Shown one piece after another: positions 39,821-53,465 of a stretch of 64,000 bases of DNA (its first letter is position 1; each line of letters opens with the position of its first letter). Both the position numbers and the translations under genes were made by a program. This DNA comes from Eledone cirrhosa (lineage: Eukaryota), in the NCBI GenBank assembly GCA_964016885.1, contig CAXHJY010001549.1, positions 143,208 to 207,207 on the forward strand, in the 5' to 3' direction. The notes under the pieces were generated by a model, which was given only the letters and a program-made list of their open reading frames with translations, did not search any database and was not told the origin of the DNA.

Positions 39821-41274
39821 TTTGTGTTATGCATATACCCACTTATATGAACCGCGAATCTTCCCTTTGCCAAATCAGTTAGCGCTAACCATTTAACGAC
39901 ATCTCGAAAACCCCACTTTATGTCCATCCCCACCTCACACAACACAACCTAGGTAATCATTCACCCACTGAACAATACACTTGCCCACCATTGGTGGACG
40001 CAGTATAACCGAATGGTTAAAATGTTCGCTTCCGAATCAATAGGTTCAAGGTTCAATCACATTGTGAGGCATCTTCGGCAAATGTTGATCCATACCTTGT
40101 GAGTGAAATTGAGTAGACAGAAACTGTGTGGAAGCCCGTCAGGTTGACTGTTCATGTAATTCAAAGGACCAGCTTTGTCACATACTGTGCCACGTTGAAT
40201 CTCCCTGAGAATTAAGTTAATGGTATACGTGTCGGTGAAATGTTCAGCCACTTACCAGTTAATTTCATGGACAGGCTGCTCCATCAGAATATACATTGAC
40301 TATAAGATTTTTTAAATTGTTTTTAGAAAAAAAAATTGATTTCGGGCTATTTTCAAACACAATCCACTGCATCTTGAAATTTTGAAGCTAATTATTATAA
40401 AATTAATCTGGCAACTGCCCCCAATAGTCCTACAACTCCTCAATCCCAGCTAATTACTAATTCCTTCTATTACAATACCCCTCCCTACATCACTATATTC
40501 TCTATATAAAAAAAACAATTTCTTGTAGATATAGCTTGAAGCTCACAAAATATTTACTCAGATTGAAAACTCGCGAGATGAAACTACTTCTCACTACGCT
40601 ATATTGATGTTTCTCGAAATAAATATTCTACACACAGCATTAAATTCTCGTAAAATACGGATTGGCTTGAGTTATGTAGTGAATTGAAAATTAGCTGTCG
40701 TCTAAAGATGTTATAAAGTCATTAATACTAATAACCCGTGGAGTTTACCTCATCTGTTCTACAAACAGAATAGAATCGAGTCATTATATTTGAGGTCATG
40801 GACCAGCTGACTCACTGAGAATTCTTTATAATATTTCGCTTTTATTCAACACTGAACAGTAGCATGACAAGAAATATCCGTTACACATTTAAAGTTGATC
40901 TTTTACACAAAGCCCATAACAGCACAATTTCTTGTCCAGTCCATTGCTGAAAGAGACGCCTTCAACAATAAAATTTAATTTACTTTCAGTGTTACAACAT
41001 ATATATTTACTTTGCGAAAATGTAAAAAGAATAGTTGGGATGATACAATACAACTTGATACCCATCAATAGAATTGGTTATTCTGTAATTTATATTCTGG
41101 CCCTGTAAAACATCTGATGTATTTACATTGAGCTATTTTTCTTACTGGTAATAAGGTAGTAATAAATTACTGACCTTTCCTGTTTATAATTATATATAGT
41201 ATAAATATTATTATATATATATATATATTTCGGAATACAAAAACCAAAAACGCAGGAGTACAAGTTACAAATAG

Positions 41275-41340
<66 letters not shown>

Positions 41341-41684
41341 TTGGAGGAGGTAAAAACCAGTTAGACTATTATTCACCAGAGTACTGGATACTTGAGGTAA
41401 TAGAGTGGGTAATTTGAAAGAATTCAGGAGCCCGACGGCTGACCTCCGGCCGTTTCAGCAGCTAGACCCGAACTAATAGCTGCATATGCACAAATAAATC
41501 TATATACGTATGTGTATCTATATTTCTGCGTGTATGCCTATCCGTTTGCGTGTGCTTTTATTTTTATTTGCACGCCTGTCCCTGGCTTTTAACCATTTGA
41601 AGTGTGTGAGAGATGAGGTTGAAACGGCCGGAACTCAGCCGTCGGAGTCCTGAAGTTTTTTCATATATATATATATATATAAGT

Positions 41685-41822
41685 AATAATAATTGTCTCT
41701 ACTTTAGGCACAAGGCCAGCAATTACCCAGTGCATTACTGGTACTTTATTTTATCGACCCCGTAAGGATGAAAGGCAAAGTCAACCTCGGCGGGATTTGA
41801 ACTCAGATCGTAAAGGGACGTA
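41685..41822 (-). mobile_element. SINE family A (head truncated)
   Basis: Core and tail match consensus. Confidence 0.8.
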
Positions 41823-42432
41823 AAGTAAATAATAATGATGATTTTGCAGTATCTAGTTCGGTGTAAGGTGGCTTTCATGTCAAACATTGCGTGATTGTCT
41901 TTCTCTTCTGTGTCTTCGAGGAAATAATTCTAAATAGTAGAGAGGCCAAGTCATTCAACTATTTCACTTCAACTCAACACCAGCCAAACGAAGAAGGAAG
42001 TTCGAATACTTTTGCCCAGTTAAAATACAAACCTTGCCAGTCGATATACGTTTGTTTTCTGTAAACTAGATAAAACCTAACAACAAAGAACCTACTTTTA
42101 AAAGTACCCAACTGGCATTGATTTTCAAGAGAACTTTTACAACTACGGTCTTCATGTAAAAAACACTATTGAAGATATTTACGTTATTTTAATCTAAGAA
42201 CACGCACGCGGGCCCACACAGAGAGAGAGAGACAGACACAGAGAGAGACAGAGACACACACACATATATATATATATATAAGGAAATGAGGGGGAGGGGG
42301 ATTATGAAAAAAAATGAGATGTCCTACACGAGTGAAAGTATAACGAAAAGAAATCGAAAATGCAACTGGAGTCTTTTTAAGAATATAAAAAATATTCTTA
42401 AAAAGACTCTAGTTGCATTTTCGATTTCTTTT

Positions 42433-42482
<50 letters not shown>

Positions 42483-43639
42483 ATGGATGCAGTAAAAACC
42501 AGTTAGACCATTACTCACCAGTGTTCTCGATACTTGGGGTAGTAGAGTGGGTAATATGACAAATTTGGGACCCAAACGGCTGAGTTCCTGCCATTTCAAC
42601 AACGGATCTAGCCATCGGGGTAAGAATTGTTCATATATATATACATAAATATGTGTGTGTATGTAAAAGGTAAATAGAAATAACGAAACAAACGGCACAG
42701 TACATGGAATATATATATAGTTTGACTTCTCCATCCATATGTATTACACCTAACCCACATAAAGCAGATTTCAGAAAGCGATAGGACTACAGATCGTTGA
42801 CGTCACAGAAAAAGCCATTGTGATTATCGTCAAAGGAAAAATGGTTCCTTTGAGATTATTACGTTGAAAAATAGAAGGCCAGATTTTATTATTGATAACG
42901 TTAGCTCGATGACTGATCGTTAGAATTGAGACCTTATACAGTTCTGAATTCAAAAACAGAAATGATCTAATTAGCATTTTATCTTAGTGATCTATGTAAT
43001 TAAGAAAAACTAATTAAATTTAGCAAATTAAGAAGGGAAGTTCATTTCCATATAGAAGTCAAAATAAAACATATTAATATTAATTAAACTATTAGTCGAC
43101 ATATCGTTCTTTAAAACTAAAGGGTTTAATATATCAGTCGTGAGAGGACATGGCAAATGTCAGCCAATGTGTGTTCCAGCTCTCTGTGCTCTGAGGTCAA
43201 AGTTGTCTTTCATCTTTTCGTGATCGTTAAAATTACTAGCAGAAAAACCACTATTCGGGTGGTTTTCTGCTAGCATATGTAGTGTGTATATTGATATTAT
43301 ACACAAATATATATGCATGTAGATATGATACATGAAATAAAATCGTAATTGACAATATACACAGAAATTGAACGAAGACTGTTACACTGTCTTATGTAAT
43401 CAGTAAAGTAACCCATGATACATTTAAAAAAAGACATTATATATAAACTACATTGGGAGAAAATTAGCGACAGAAATATATGCGATATTTTTATAAGTGT
43501 TATAATATAACGGCCGCTAACTGGAAGTATTTATATTTGAAAATTTTAAAGAAGTGAATCTTTAAATAAGCTATAAAATATATTTAATCAACAGCCACGA
43601 AATTTTGCACATAAATTATATAATATTCATTCATTATTT

Positions 43640-43830
43640 ATTGGTGGATTGGCAGTATCGGTGGAGGGTCGGACGCCATGCTTTTCAGCATAGTTACGTC
43701 CCTTTACGATCTGAGTTCAAATCGCTCCGAGGTTGACTTTGCCTTTCATCCTTACGGGGTCGATAAAATAAAGTACCAGTAATGCACTGGGTAATTGCTG
43801 GCCTTGTGCCTAAAGTAGAAACAATTATTT
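43640..43830 (+). mobile_element. SINE family A
   Basis: Full A/B boxes, core and tail. Confidence 0.85.
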
Positions 43831-43921
43831 ATTCAAAGTAATCCAACTTATTTTACAAACGGGGTAAAAAAAATATATTCTGGACGCAGTCGCGCACTCC
43901 TTTCTTTATTATGGTTAAGAT

Positions 43922-44230
43922 GTGAAGGCACGTGGCATTGAGCTCAGGGTATTCAGATAACTACCGTATGGTCGTGAATTCGATTCCTGGCGATACGTTG
44001 TGTCCTTGAGCAAAACACTATATTTCACGTTGCTCCAGTCCATTCAGCTGGCAAAAAATGAGTTGTTCCTGTAATTCGAAGGGCAAGCCTTGTCACATTC
44101 TGTGTCATGCTGAATCTCCGAGAACTACGTTAAGGGTACGCGTGTCTGTTGAATGCTCAGCCACTTGCACGTTAATTTTCCGTTGATCGTATCAACTGGA
44201 ATTTTCGTCGTAACCGACGGAATGCCAACA
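43922..44230 (+). mobile_element. SINE family B
   Basis: GTGTCCTTGAGCAAAACACT body and shared tail. Confidence 0.75.
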
Positions 44231-44651
44231 TTCAAATTATGTATGAATACAGGTATTGTTCGAGCATTGGCCCTGTTGTATATGTTCTGGCACTTTGTGT
44301 TCTTAGTTCAAATCCCACTGTGACCTACATGGATGATAGACTTAATCCGTTGCCTGGTTTAATAGCACCACCTCACCTTTAGTGGAGTTCATTCTATCAT
44401 AAACATTCGGGCCATGTCTCCGGTTTAAGGATATCTGCCCCTCCCCCTTCTACCAGTCCCAGAAAATAGTTATGGGCACTGTCCGTCTATCTCTGAATAA
44501 ACAACCAAAAATGTACACTTAAAATAAAGTCTGGAAGTATTATATTGAAGATAGCTTTATACCAAAAAACTGACAATATGATCTCGATTAATATTTCAAA
44601 AGACATCGCACAACTTATAAATTATCAGCTTTTATACTCCTCTACAAGTTA

Positions 44652-44832
44652 AATAATTGTTTCTACTTTTGGAACAAGGAAACAATTATCCCAGTGAGTT
44701 ACTGGTGCTTTATTTTATAGACGCCATAAGGGATGAAAGGCAACGTTAACTATGGCGGGATTTGAACTCAGACCATAAAGGGCCGTAACTATGCTGTAAA
44801 GCATAGCATCCGACCCTCTACCGATACTGCAA
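44652..44832 (-). mobile_element. SINE family A
   Basis: Reverse complement of consensus. Confidence 0.8.
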
Positions 44833-45216
44833 TAATATTTTACGGGGACCAGAATTCATTTAACAATATCATACTGTGTTTGAAATCAGAGCGCAGAAAG
44901 CCGGAACAATTACTACGATTCATTGTCGGACGTCCTCACGGCTCTGCCAATTCGCCGCCTTTCTATAGGAAATAGTAACAGCAAAATAACAAAATTAGAT
45001 TCAACCGGGAATCGAAATACTCGACTCAAAGAAAATATAGCAGTGGAATGGATCTCCGTTGGTTTTTGACGATCTATGTTCCACTTGTTCAGTGGTTCCC
45101 AAAGTGGGTTCCATGGAACCCAAAGGTTCTACAAAGAAGTGTCAGGGGTTCCGTGAAAAAAGGTAGAGGAGTATATTTATATTACGACCATTTACCACAT
45201 TGACAGGGGTGTAGAG

Positions 45217-45532
45217 CAGGGGCGTGCAACAGGCGGCCCGCGGGACACAATCCGGCCCGCCAGACCAGTTAGTGGCCCGCGATGACCGTTTTTAATTTTT
45301 ACCTAGTAGGTTTATTGAGAATTTTTTTCGTAAGCGTAATACAATTTTCTGTTAGTTGACCTATACTAAAGGACTTCACTGATAGGGTTATGTGTGTTAT
45401 AATTTCCCAGTTCCAGGTTATGAAAGGAAGTTGTGGTTTTCATTAGATTACATATTTTTGATAGTGATTGGCCCTAATAGTTGTTCCAATGTTCAAAAGT
45501 GGCCCGCCAATGGAATATGTTGCACAGCCATG
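45217..45532. mobile_element. hAT (Charlie/Buster-type) MITE
   Basis: Perfect 8-bp TSD GTGTAGAG (45209-45216, 45533-45540) with central TA; TIRs CAGGGGCGTGCAACA / TGTTGCACAGCCATG; GGCCCGC subterminal motifs. Confidence 0.85.
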
Positions 45533-45584
45533 GTGTAGAGTCTACCACTTAGCCTCCGCACACACTTATCTATTTATGAAGGGC

Positions 45585-46105
45585 GTTGGATTGGCAGTAT
45601 CGTTAGAGTGTTGGACATTATAATGAAAATTATTGTGTAGTGCTCAGGTGCACTACAATAAAGCATATTAAGGTTCTGGAGAGGATCAAACTCACAGCCT
45701 TCTGCGTGTAAAGATGACGTGATCTCACCACAGAACCACCATGCTTTGCTGCATATATATTTACGGCCCTTTACATTCTGAGTTCAAATCCCGCCGAGGT
45801 TAGCTTTGCCTTTCATCCTTGCGGGGTCGATAAAATAAAGTACCAGTAATGCACTGGGGCCGATTTAATTGACTTTCCCCTTCTCCCCAACTTGCTGGCC
45901 TTGTGCCTATAGTAGAAATCATGTATTGGCAGTATCGGTAGAGGGTCGGACACCATGCTTTCCTGCATAGTTACGTCCCTTTACGGTCTGTGTTCAAATC
46001 CCGTCAAGTTTAGCTTTGCCATTCATCCTTACGGGGTCGATAAAATAAAGTACCAGTAATGTACTGGGTAATTACTGGCCTTGTGCCAAAAGTAGAAACA
46101 ATTAT
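45585..46105 (+). mobile_element. Two tandem SINE family A copies, the first interrupted by an insertion
   Basis: GGACA|insertion|CCATGCTT in copy 1; copy 2 starts ~45925. Confidence 0.8.
45618..45738 (-). mobile_element. tRNA-Val(TAC)-like short SINE or tRNA pseudogene nested in SINE A
   Basis: Minus strand GGTTCTGTGGTGAGATCACGTCATCTTTACACGCAGAAGGCTGTGAGTTTGATCCTCTCCAGAACC; tail GTAGTGCACCTGAGCAC recurs at ~623-670 and ~57077-57120. Confidence 0.6.
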
Positions 46106-46444
46106 GTAAAATATTTATACAAATAAAATTCTAAATTGTAGAAGCAGGCAAATGAAAGAGAAGGAAAAGTTTTTGTCATTTCAGTGGGTTTCAATAGAGT
46201 CGTAACTGAATCCTGTCTTAAAAACTGAAATCAATGTAAAGTTTGTCAGCGTCTCAGAGACCAGCTGTATGCCTTCGCACACCCTTTCTTATTTGACACA
46301 CCTACTCAACTAACTCGTTCCTTCCCTCAACCCGATTTAGCAATTAATTAGGCCAAACCTCTCCACTTCCCGCCACTCGTTCAAAATACAAACATCGGCA
46401 TTGATAACGCATCTAACGTCACACACACGCGCACATAGATGCTT

Positions 46445-46484
<40 letters not shown>

Positions 46485-48554
46485 ATTTATACCTATATCT
46501 CTTTCTATCTACTTACCTATCTGTCTTGCCCTATCTTTATATATATATCTAACTACCTATCTGTCTCTCTCTCTCTCTATCTATATATCTACTTACCTAC
46601 CTGTCTATTTCTATCTTTATATATAACTACCTACCCCCCTCTCTCTCTCTCTCCAGAGAAAGAGAGAGAGAGAGGTAGGTACCTATTTATCTATCTCCCT
46701 ATATATATATTTGTCTATCTATTTCTTTCACCAACAGACACACAAACACAAGCACGATCACAAATATTCATTCTTGCCTAAGTGTGCTATGCCTGTCTGT
46801 CATAACCAGCCGACTAGCCGGCCAGCTACTCAAGATATTGTCTGTCTGTCTGTCTGCCAAATACGACAGTTCTCCATCTAAAAACAGTCTCTTGATAGAC
46901 AAGTATATTTTGCTTAGTACCTACACTATCAAGAGTGTCTCTGTGAAACAAATATATACACCAGGTCCGAACACAAAGGAACCAAACTCCCACTGTCACT
47001 GCATCCGCCTCTCCTGCTCTGAGCAAATGGGGGCCCCGCGGTCCCGGTGGACAGAATAGAGAAGGCGTTTCCCCAGAGGATAGTGAGGGAGACGCGCTGA
47101 AAGAGCCATTCTAAAATCAATGCTACCTTGACCTTTTGAAACGAGAAATACGTAGATACAAATCAAGAACAACAGTTTAGTTTGTCGCGAGCTGGATTTC
47201 TTAAAGGGGAGGGCTGAAATATTTATAAAATAATTTTCTACTTTTGGCACAAGGCCGGCAATTACCCAGTACATTACTGGTACTTTATTTTATCGACCCA
47301 GTAAGGATGAAAGGCAAAGTTAACTTCGGCTGGATGTTCTTTTCTACTAGGTCAGCTTGTAATTGGGGCAGACTCCTGATTAAAAAGTGCTCAAGCCGTG
47401 ACCATCTCGACTTTTTTATTTTTTTTTTAAACTAAGTGTATCTTAAGTCTTTCGGTAGGGTGCATAGCTCGGAGATCAGGGAGTCGCGCCAGATAGAGCC
47501 GCTACCAATCCACATTAACAGATAACAGTTCGAGTACTATGGATATGTGGTTAGTATGTCTAAGGGAAGAATCACTGGACAGATTTTTCTGTAGGAGATC
47601 CAAAGGTAGACGATGAGCAAAATGAGTGGATAACATCCATAAGTTTCGTTGGTCTCGCTTGAGGATCCAACTGGATGATTTGTGGATGGTTGCTTCTGAT
47701 ATTACACCCTGGTAGGCGTAGCTGAGAACTCTACACCCACGACCATTTCAAGAAGTGTATCAAGGACAAAAGTATTCCTATTTTAAAAGTAAGTTGTATG
47801 TGTGATTTGATGGATATTGGCTGTTATATCTAGCAGACATGGCAACTGTGTAAAGGTTTTCTCATTAAAAAAACATACACAGTATGAATCGACAAGGCCA
47901 GCAGTAATTATTGTTTTCCTTTCGTTGGCATAAAGCTTCAAATTTGTCAGCAAAGAAATAAATATCGATCAGGAGAGCCTCTGGAATCGGTCATAGAGCT
48001 GTTAAACATAACATTTCTCATTCAAATCTCCTCGTGTATTAAAATAAATTACAATAATGTACTGCTTTATACATTTAAGATAGAGAAAAAACAACAACCT
48101 AAAAACAAGATGGCTATAACTGGCATAGCTAAATAACACGGGAAACTTATTTTATAGATTGTGCAGTGATGAAACTCTTGTGAAATTTGAATTCAGAATG
48201 TAAAGTGACGTAACTGTATTGTATTTTATGTGATGTTCTGTCGCTTCTTTGGAATCTTTACTCCTCTTTATAATCTATAGATGGATGGAAGGGTCCGTAA
48301 CTCCTGATGGAGCCATAGGGACGCCGCAGTGACATAAGCCGTTTCTTGAATATTTTAAACCTGGCAGAGCCCATTCCTCTCCTAGTCTGAACAGCTTATT
48401 TCTTAGAGAGAGAGGAAGAAAGAAAGAGAGAGAATTGACTCCAGTATTGGATTGGTATTTTTTTATCGACCTAGAAGGGACGAAAGGCAGAGTTGACCTC
48501 AGAGTAATTTGGAACATATGTCTCCTCCTTCATTACATACTAAGTTGAAAAAGA

Positions 48555-48740
48555 AATAATTGTTTCTACTATTGGCACAAGGCCAGCAATTATCCCAGTG
48601 CATTACTTTATTTTATCGACCCCCGTAAGGATGAAAGGCAAAGTTAACCTTGGCGGGATTTGAACTCAGACCATAAAGAGACGTAGCTCTATGCGTCAAA
48701 GCATGGCGTCCGACCCTCTACTGAAACTGCCAATCCACAA
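48555..48740 (-). mobile_element. SINE family A
   Basis: Reverse complement of consensus. Confidence 0.85.
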
Positions 48741-49169
48741 GAAATAATGTGGATATTTTACTACAGACTATAGCAAGAAAGTAACAAATTAGCAGAGTCG
48801 TTAGAACGTCAGATAGCTTGTTGTCGAACCCAACTTTGTCTTTCATCCTTTCGCGGTTGATAAAGCACAGTCACGTACGGGGGTCAATTCTTCTTCTGTA
48901 TCCCTCCCTTACTCTCTCACTCGCTCTCTTTTTCTCCTTCTCTGACAGAAACTGACTATGTTCAAGCCTGAAGAGGATATGGTCTTCGCTAGGATTAAAA
49001 TGCCCAAGACACACTCAACGACTCCATTCACACAAACTTCCCAATAATGGGACCGAGTTCGATCTCACTGAGTTGAATTTTGGTTGTCGACCCAAGACTT
49101 ATTAATGGTATTGGGTAGGTGGTAACGGTTTGAAAGCCACTGTAATTTAAAGGGTTAGCTTTATCTCAT

Positions 49170-49410
49170 TCCAGCCATGGGAATGTCTCAGGAAAGAATC
49201 GCTGGACAGATTTTACAGGCAAAACCAACCGGCAAGACACCCAGGGGCAGACCCCGGACAAGATGGTTGGATAACATCCATGAGCTTGGCTGGTCACGCT
49301 TGGGGATCCAGCCGGATCAGTTGGAGACGGTTGCTTCTGACAGCACCCGCTGGAGGGAGTGTTTGAGGACTCTTCCCCCACGACCCTCTTAGGAATAAGT
49401 AAACGAAGAA
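49170..49410 (+). mobile_element. RTE/Expander-type LINE 3' fragment (older sibling ~47540-47760)
   Basis: ORF 49177..49392 GKTPRGRPRTRWLDNI...RWRECLRTLPPRP. Confidence 0.8.
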
Positions 49411-50377
49411 GCTTTAACTCATACTGTGTCATACTAAATCTCCCTGAGAATTACGTTAAGGATACACGTGTCTATGAACTACTCAGCTACTTACACAATG
49501 ATTTAACGAGTAGGCCGTGCCTCTGACCAAACAACTAAAATACTCATCGTTGAAAACGATGGAGGCCCGTTTATTATTTTTTATACTAAAAGGGCAAAAG
49601 TGATCTGGCAAATCTTTAATAAAAATGAAGAATAAAACTCGACTGGAAATGCTGGGTTATCATATTAAGGCGAACTCTTTCACTGATCCGCATCCTCCCT
49701 ACAGCTTTCTAAAAAGGCTAGACAATGAATCATAGTTTTATTTATGTGTTCCGCATCAATTCACACACGTGCGTAGAATATTTTGTTTCGCTAAATTGGC
49801 AGCTTTGTAGTATAACAAAAGAGGAGAGGAATGAAAATGATTGCAACTGTCTGAATAAAACGGAGAACAGATTAATAGTAAAACAGTGAAGACGTTCGAT
49901 GGAAACCAAGCAGATATTTTGACATTCGAATCAAACGAAGCAGACATTTTCGAATGGGCTGAAGTAGAAAACTTCTATATTTTAATGTTAATTGGTGTGA
50001 GCCGTCAAATGCAAAAAGGTTGTGGACGAATCAAGTCTACGACATAAATTTGGTTTCTGGTTAAAAGTCCTTTTACTTAGTTTCCGCTGGTATTGTTATC
50101 GTGAAAGGTATGAATGTCATATATATATATATATATATATAACGAAGGAAGTGTGGTAAGGAACCAGGTGGACCGTGACGCACCAGAGTTCTAGATACTT
50201 AGGGTAGTAGTGGGTAATAGGAAAAGAGTCAGGACCTCGACGGCTAGATCAGATCTAGCAGTCGAAACGACCGGAGCACAGCCGCCGATGTCTTGACTCT
50301 TTTCCTATATATACACGTGTGTGTGTGTGTTAGGTAATTCCGAAGGAAAAAAGAGTGCTCTATGTATAGAACAGAGC

Positions 50378-50577
50378 TATTTAATTAGAAAGTGAACACA
50401 AAATATAACTACTCCATTAACAAAGGTTTCTGGATCACAGACGATAATAATGTCTGGATCAGTCGTCAGAGATAACATCTGTGGCTGACGACCGATCCAG
50501 ACTTATATTATTATCGTCTGTGATCCAGAAACCTTTGGCAATGGAGTAGTTATATTTTGTGTTGTTCCCTTTCTAAC
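50378..50577. mobile_element. Fold-back element with two divergent hammerhead-like motifs
   Basis: Arms ~50378-50470 and ~50484-50577 are inverted; each reads CTGACGA-(GATCCAGAC..GTCTGTGATC)-CA-GAAA-CCTTTG..ATGGAG; flanked by (TG)n/(TA)n. Confidence 0.7.
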
Positions 50578-50608
<31 letters not shown>

Positions 50609-51120
50609 GAACCGTTAAGGTATATTATCCTTGGTTATGTCAAATGTTTATAAAACATTTTGTATTTTATCTGATGATAGCGTACCTAAATTTTAGTACC
50701 CTTGAAATATATATAATAGAATAAATATGGTTTTATAAATATAGTTTCCATTTATTTAATACCAATGTGTGTGTGTGTATGTATATATATATATATATAT
50801 ATATATACATACATACATGTAGTTCCACAACAGTTAGTTCACCCGTGCCTCCGGGGAAGGTTTTTGGGCCAGAGGCTCGATTTCTGCGTGTTATTGCGTA
50901 TATGATTGTACAATCTTATCCGTGAGTTTGCTCGTACATTGCTATATATCTTCATTTACATATACACACTAAGTAGGGCTTGTGTGTGTTTGCCTGTATA
51001 CTCACACGAACCTCCTTGCTTAGCTCCCCTTTACAGACGCCATGATTTAAAACAAACACAAATCTGTTTATATTTTTCATTTTCCTTTGCTTTCCTTCAT
51101 TTTAGTCTTCCCCTCTTCCC

Positions 51121-51158
51121 TACTTTCTGATAAAGGGCGTTGCCTGAAACGTCAAGTA
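51121..51158 (+). ncRNA. Minimal hammerhead-like motif (one core substitution)
   Basis: TACTT-T-CTGATAA-AGGGC-GTT-GCCT-GAAA-CG-TC-AAGTA. Confidence 0.55.
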
Positions 51159-51308
51159 CTGACTTGTTACCACATCTCCTAACTGTAAAACCAATATTCT
51201 CTATTTGGACCATCTTCTGTCATATTGCTTTTGTTTTCCTGAACTTTGTTTACCACACACACACACACATACACCACACACAAATATAGTTTCCATTTAT
51301 TTAATATC

Positions 51309-51370
<62 letters not shown>

Positions 51371-51419
51371 TATCCCTGGTTCAATCAGGGGTAACCACAG
51401 TAAGTAAGGTACTCAATAC

Positions 51420-51474
51420 ATGGTTTCCTGATGATTTCTCCCAAATGAAACAGTTCTAGTCCTGTAGAAGCCAT
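51420..51474 (+). ncRNA. Hammerhead ribozyme-like motif with intact core
   Basis: Stem I ATGGTTTC/GAAGCCAT, CTGATGA, weak stem II, GAAA, stem III CAG/CTG, GTA triplet; partial siblings at ~36100-36180 (+) and ~6941-7000 (-). Confidence 0.65.
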
Positions 51475-51524
51475 TTCTATATTATATATATATATATATA
51501 CATAAGTTGACAGGGCAAGCATGA

Positions 51525-51584
<60 letters not shown>

Positions 51585-51731
51585 CAAGAAAGAAGAGTGA
51601 CATGGTTCGCTATACAATAAGGGCTTTATTCACATTGCTGACAATTGTTTCTTTGATCTGGTAGGTCTAGAGTTCGCTATCCGCCTGATTATGCGCAAAG
51701 TGGACTGCCTATAACGATAACCTGTTATCCC

Positions 51732-51769
<38 letters not shown>

Positions 51770-53235
51770 AGAGAGAGAGGGGGTGAATAGATAGATAGAT
51801 ATATAATTACCCACAGTTGAAATGTGTTCCTTTCTACATATTCCCATATAATTTGCTTTATTCACATTACATTTCAGTGGTGGTCGAGTCTGATTTTAGT
51901 GGTTCTTTCTTCGCCTAAATGCCACGGTTAAGATGCACAGTTTTAGACAAACCGAACTGCTGTTTAGCGTTCTTTAATCAATTAGCCAAAATACCATAAG
52001 AAAATGTCACCTCACAGACACCGCCAGCCACATACACACACACATACTCACACTCACACTGTTAACTATGCAAAAAGTTTTATAATGGCCGTGATTGTGT
52101 GTGTATGTGTGTTTGTGTATATGTACTATGTATGTATGTAGCATGTATGTAGCATGTATGTAGTATGTATGTAGTATGTATGTATTAAGTATGTATGTAT
52201 TAAGTATATATGTAGTATGTATGTATGTATGTATGTAGTATGTATGTGTGTCTCTGTATGCTTCTTCCTCTTTCTCGTTATACTCTTTCCACCATTTTTT
52301 TTCACCTAAACGAATGGAATTTTCACCTTGCAGCCGGTGTGTAAAGAGATCAGAGTAAAAGTCAGCAGCTGTTAAGAATAGGTGGAGGCTAAAGTTACTG
52401 TTTCGGGGGGTGGAGAGTAATCATAATTTTGGCCCGGGCCCAGCAACATTTAACTAACACAGTTGGCTGTCTACACTTTACAACGCCCTTCAATGATTTT
52501 TCCGCCTTCTAACTATACCACACCTCACACAGTTCCCTCTCAATTTCCCGCTCCCAGTATTTACACTCCCTACCTCCATCACCACCATCATCATATTTCC
52601 TCCTATTTACTCTTCAACTCTCTTTCTCTCTCTTCTTTTCCCGCTCTTATCCCATTCTTGTCATTGATTTTTCTCTCTGTGTTCCCTATTTTCTCATTTA
52701 TCTTGTTTGTCTTTCCTCTTTAATTCCGGTGTTTTTCTTCCGCTCGTTAGACTTTTCGTCCGTCTCTTCCGTTTGATAATTTTTTTTCTTTCCTTCAACA
52801 CTTTTTCTCATTTTCACATTATTTTTACACTTATATTTTGTCTCTGCTTTACCTATCTTCTATTCTCAGTTTTTTTCTTTTTTCCTATATCTCTTCATTC
52901 TTCTCACTGTTTCACCTTCTTATCTCTCTCTCTCTTTCTCTTTCTCTCTCTCTTCATTAGAACATTGGATAGAATGCTTTACGGTATTTGTTCAGGCTCG
53001 TTGTATTCCAGGTTCAAATCCTACCGGGGTCAACTGCCTTTTAAGGACAATAAAAAAAAGTACCAGTCCAGTACAAGGGTCGATTCTTCTTCTCTCTCTC
53101 ATTTAGAATCTTTCATCTTGACATTCGTTCATTTATCTCTTTCTCTCCTTTCCTCAACCTTCTCTCACTCCCTTTGACAACATCCTTTTGTCTCTGTCAA
53201 TTGTCTCCATCAAGTCGCTAAACCATTTATTTCCC

Positions 53236-53465
53236 GCCACCACCACCACCACCACTACAGCTATCACGACCACGACCATCACCACCACTACTACTACTAC
53301 AACGACCACCACCGCCATCAACACCACTACCACTACCATAACCATGATCACCATCACTGCTTCCACCGCTACCACCACCACCACCGCTCTCAACCACAAC
53401 CACTACCGTCATCTCCATCACCACAACCACTACCACCATCACCACCGCCCCCACCACTACCATTA
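53236..53465. repeat. (CAC/CAT/TAC)n trinucleotide low-complexity tract; similar tracts ~34800-34900 and ~54000-54440
   Basis: Direct reading; explains poly-T/V/H/D ORFs. Confidence 0.9.
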
